From: Rickettsiales bacterium
Lineage (GTDB): Bacteria; Pseudomonadota; Alphaproteobacteria; Rickettsiales; RI-342
Assembly: GCA_044368015.1 (NCBI GenBank)
Contig: JBIPLF010000003.1
Location: forward strand, 8,659-72,658
Reading direction: 5' to 3'
DNA length: 64,000 nucleotides
Part shown: one piece after another, positions 62,758 to 64,000 of the stretch
Layout of the letters: every line of letters begins with the position of its first letter
How positions within the stretch are numbered: position 1 is the stretch's first letter
Notes under the pieces: model-generated
Told to the model about the DNA's origin: nothing
Seen by the model: the letters and a program-made list of their open reading frames with translations, nothing else
Databases searched by the model: none
Position numbers and translations under genes: made by a program

Positions 62758-62984
62758 GTTTTTACCACTTCCACCGTAAGCCCTGGGACGTTCTGCAACC
62801 CTAAACCTGCAATGCCTGCTACCACCTCCTCTGCCGCATGGGAATTGCGGATGTGATACTCATCCATCCCGGCACCAACCTCGCCAATGTCTGCTTTACC
62901 CACTAGGACGTTGAAAACCTCCACAGATGCTTCTTCCGATTTTCCACCCCGATTATACTTCACGACCACTTGTGTCGGACTCAT
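62754..62984 (-). CDS. Hypothetical small protein (76 aa)
   Basis: ORF only, third of three same-strand small ORFs. Confidence 0.35.
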   Translation of the reverse strand: MSPTQVVVKYNRGGKSEEASVEVFNVLVGKADIGEVGAGMDEYHIRNSHAAEEVVAGIAGLGLQNVPGLTVEVVKT

Positions 62985-63028
62985 CTCTTACCTCTTGTCT
63001 GTTACCTATGTTGCCTAACATCCAGCGC

Positions 63029-63256
63029 CTAACCGATCCGATTCGGCACTCCTAAACGCGTCAGATCACCCGATGCGTCCACAGCAACCCCTTCAGGCAG
63101 GTTCCCATAGCGTATCTCAACGCCCTGCGCATCTCCTCCTGCTCTCACTGAAAAAACAAGCGTGTCGCTTTCCGGCCCCTGTGTGCGCTTCTGGACGATC
63201 TGAATCGCCTGATCCACCTGCCCTCCACGCAGCTCATCCATCCGTATCTGCTTCAT
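63029..63256 (-). CDS. Hypothetical small protein (75 aa)
   Basis: ORF only. Confidence 0.35.
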   Translation of the reverse strand: MKQIRMDELRGGQVDQAIQIVQKRTQGPESDTLVFSVRAGGDAQGVEIRYGNLPEGVAVDASGDLTRLGVPNRIG

Positions 63257-63306
63257 CTACCCTTCTCCCCTTTCACCAATGAACGGCTCTGAAAACAGCA
63301 GGTTCT

Positions 63307-63567
63307 CTACTCCGCCACCACGGTAAAACCATTCTGACGTAGTGCCTCCGCCACTGCGGGGGCACGACTGGCACCGACATCGTAGGTTTCGTATATTCTA
63401 CCCCCGTCCCCCTGTGTCATAGTGTCGAACGTAGCGCTCCCATCGACTCCAGACACCACGTCAACAGGGTGCGCTCCTCTGATACGGTGAGCATTGATAC
63501 TCTCAAACAGCGAGTCCGCCTCAACCGTCACACCACGCCGATTCAACCGATCCATTACAGCCATCAC
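63307..63567 (-). CDS. Hypothetical small protein (86 aa)
   Basis: ORF only. Confidence 0.35.
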   Translation of the reverse strand: MMAVMDRLNRRGVTVEADSLFESINAHRIRGAHPVDVVSGVDGSATFDTMTQGDGGRIYETYDVGASRAPAVAEALRQNGFTVVAE

Positions 63568-63647
63568 AACCTCCTTGTATGAATGAGGAGGTCAGCCATA
63601 CATCACAAATATCACCGTTTTGTGACAGCCGCGTGCCTTTCTTCCCC

Positions 63648-64000
63648 CTACCCCCTCGCAATCAGCTCCAGATTGCCGCCAATCGCGGCCGTGTTGATGG
63701 TGCGGGTGCGTTCCACGGCGAAGCGCGGCAGGTAATGCGGCCCGCCTGCCTTTGGGCCGGTGCCGGAAAGCCCCTCGCCGCCGAAGGGCTGCACGCCCAC
63801 CACCGCGCCGATCATGCTGCGGTTGATGTAGAGATTCCCCACTTTTGCCCGCGCCATGATCTGCCGCCAATGCGCCTCGATGCGACTATGCACGCCGAGC
63901 GTCAGGCCGAAGCCGGTCGCGTTGATGGCGTCCACCACCTTGTCGATCTCTCCGCCCTTGAACCGCACCACATGGAGGATGGGGCCGAACACCTCGCCCG
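63648..64000 (-). CDS. putA: C-terminal end of an aldehyde dehydrogenase domain, most likely bifunctional PutA (partial, continues beyond the window)
   Basis: FGPILHVVRF...TGFGLTLGVHSRI...GNLYINR..IGAVVGVQPFGGEGLSGTGPKAGGPHYL. Confidence 0.85.
   Translation of the reverse strand, partial: GEVFGPILHVVRFKGGEIDKVVDAINATGFGLTLGVHSRIEAHWRQIMARAKVGNLYINRSMIGAVVGVQPFGGEGLSGTGPKAGGPHYLPRFAVERTRTINTAAIGGNLELIARG

Overview
This window looks like an alphaproteobacterial chromosome segment. The evidence is synteny (rpsT-dnaA, rpmF-plsX-fabH-ihfA, kpsF-lptC, iscR-nifS-iscS-iscU-iscA) and lineage-typical genes (GapR/DUF2312, DUF3576, PAS_5-like). About 50 kb is GC-rich core genome: ftsY, dnaA, prfB with its programmed +1 frameshift, dnaN, xthA, the isc cluster, cysE, anmK, degP, sodB, serB, pssA, lysA and the putA 3' end. 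A visibly AT-richer ~13.8-kb integrative element (about 19.6-33.4 kb) interrupts this core and is bounded by tRNA-Met (CAT) sequences. Its backbone resembles P4/satellite elements: a DUF4102-type tyrosine integrase, an Xis/AlpA-like HTH protein, an AEP primase-polymerase fused to a P-loop helicase, an iteron-like array and DUF3768. Its cargo is a nuclease plus SF2 helicase pair resembling Hachiman HamA/HamB, a strongly structured ~190-nt non-coding region, a 78-aa membrane protein, and a type II restriction-modification pair (MutH/Sau3AI-like nuclease plus Eco57I/TaqI_C-type N6-adenine methyltransferase). The second notable feature is a very high density of at least seven families of short palindromic/MITE-like repeats in the core genome. 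Several copies sit in frame inside conserved genes (anmK twice, lysA, a cysteine desulfurase, a yejF-like ABC ATPase, an M48 peptidase, possibly gshA). Others bracket small selfish ORFs (a four-helix-bundle protein and a DUF559 protein) wedged into the isc operon. No rRNA genes and no CRISPR arrays were seen. All calls rest on reading the translations and sequence by eye, and no database search was run.
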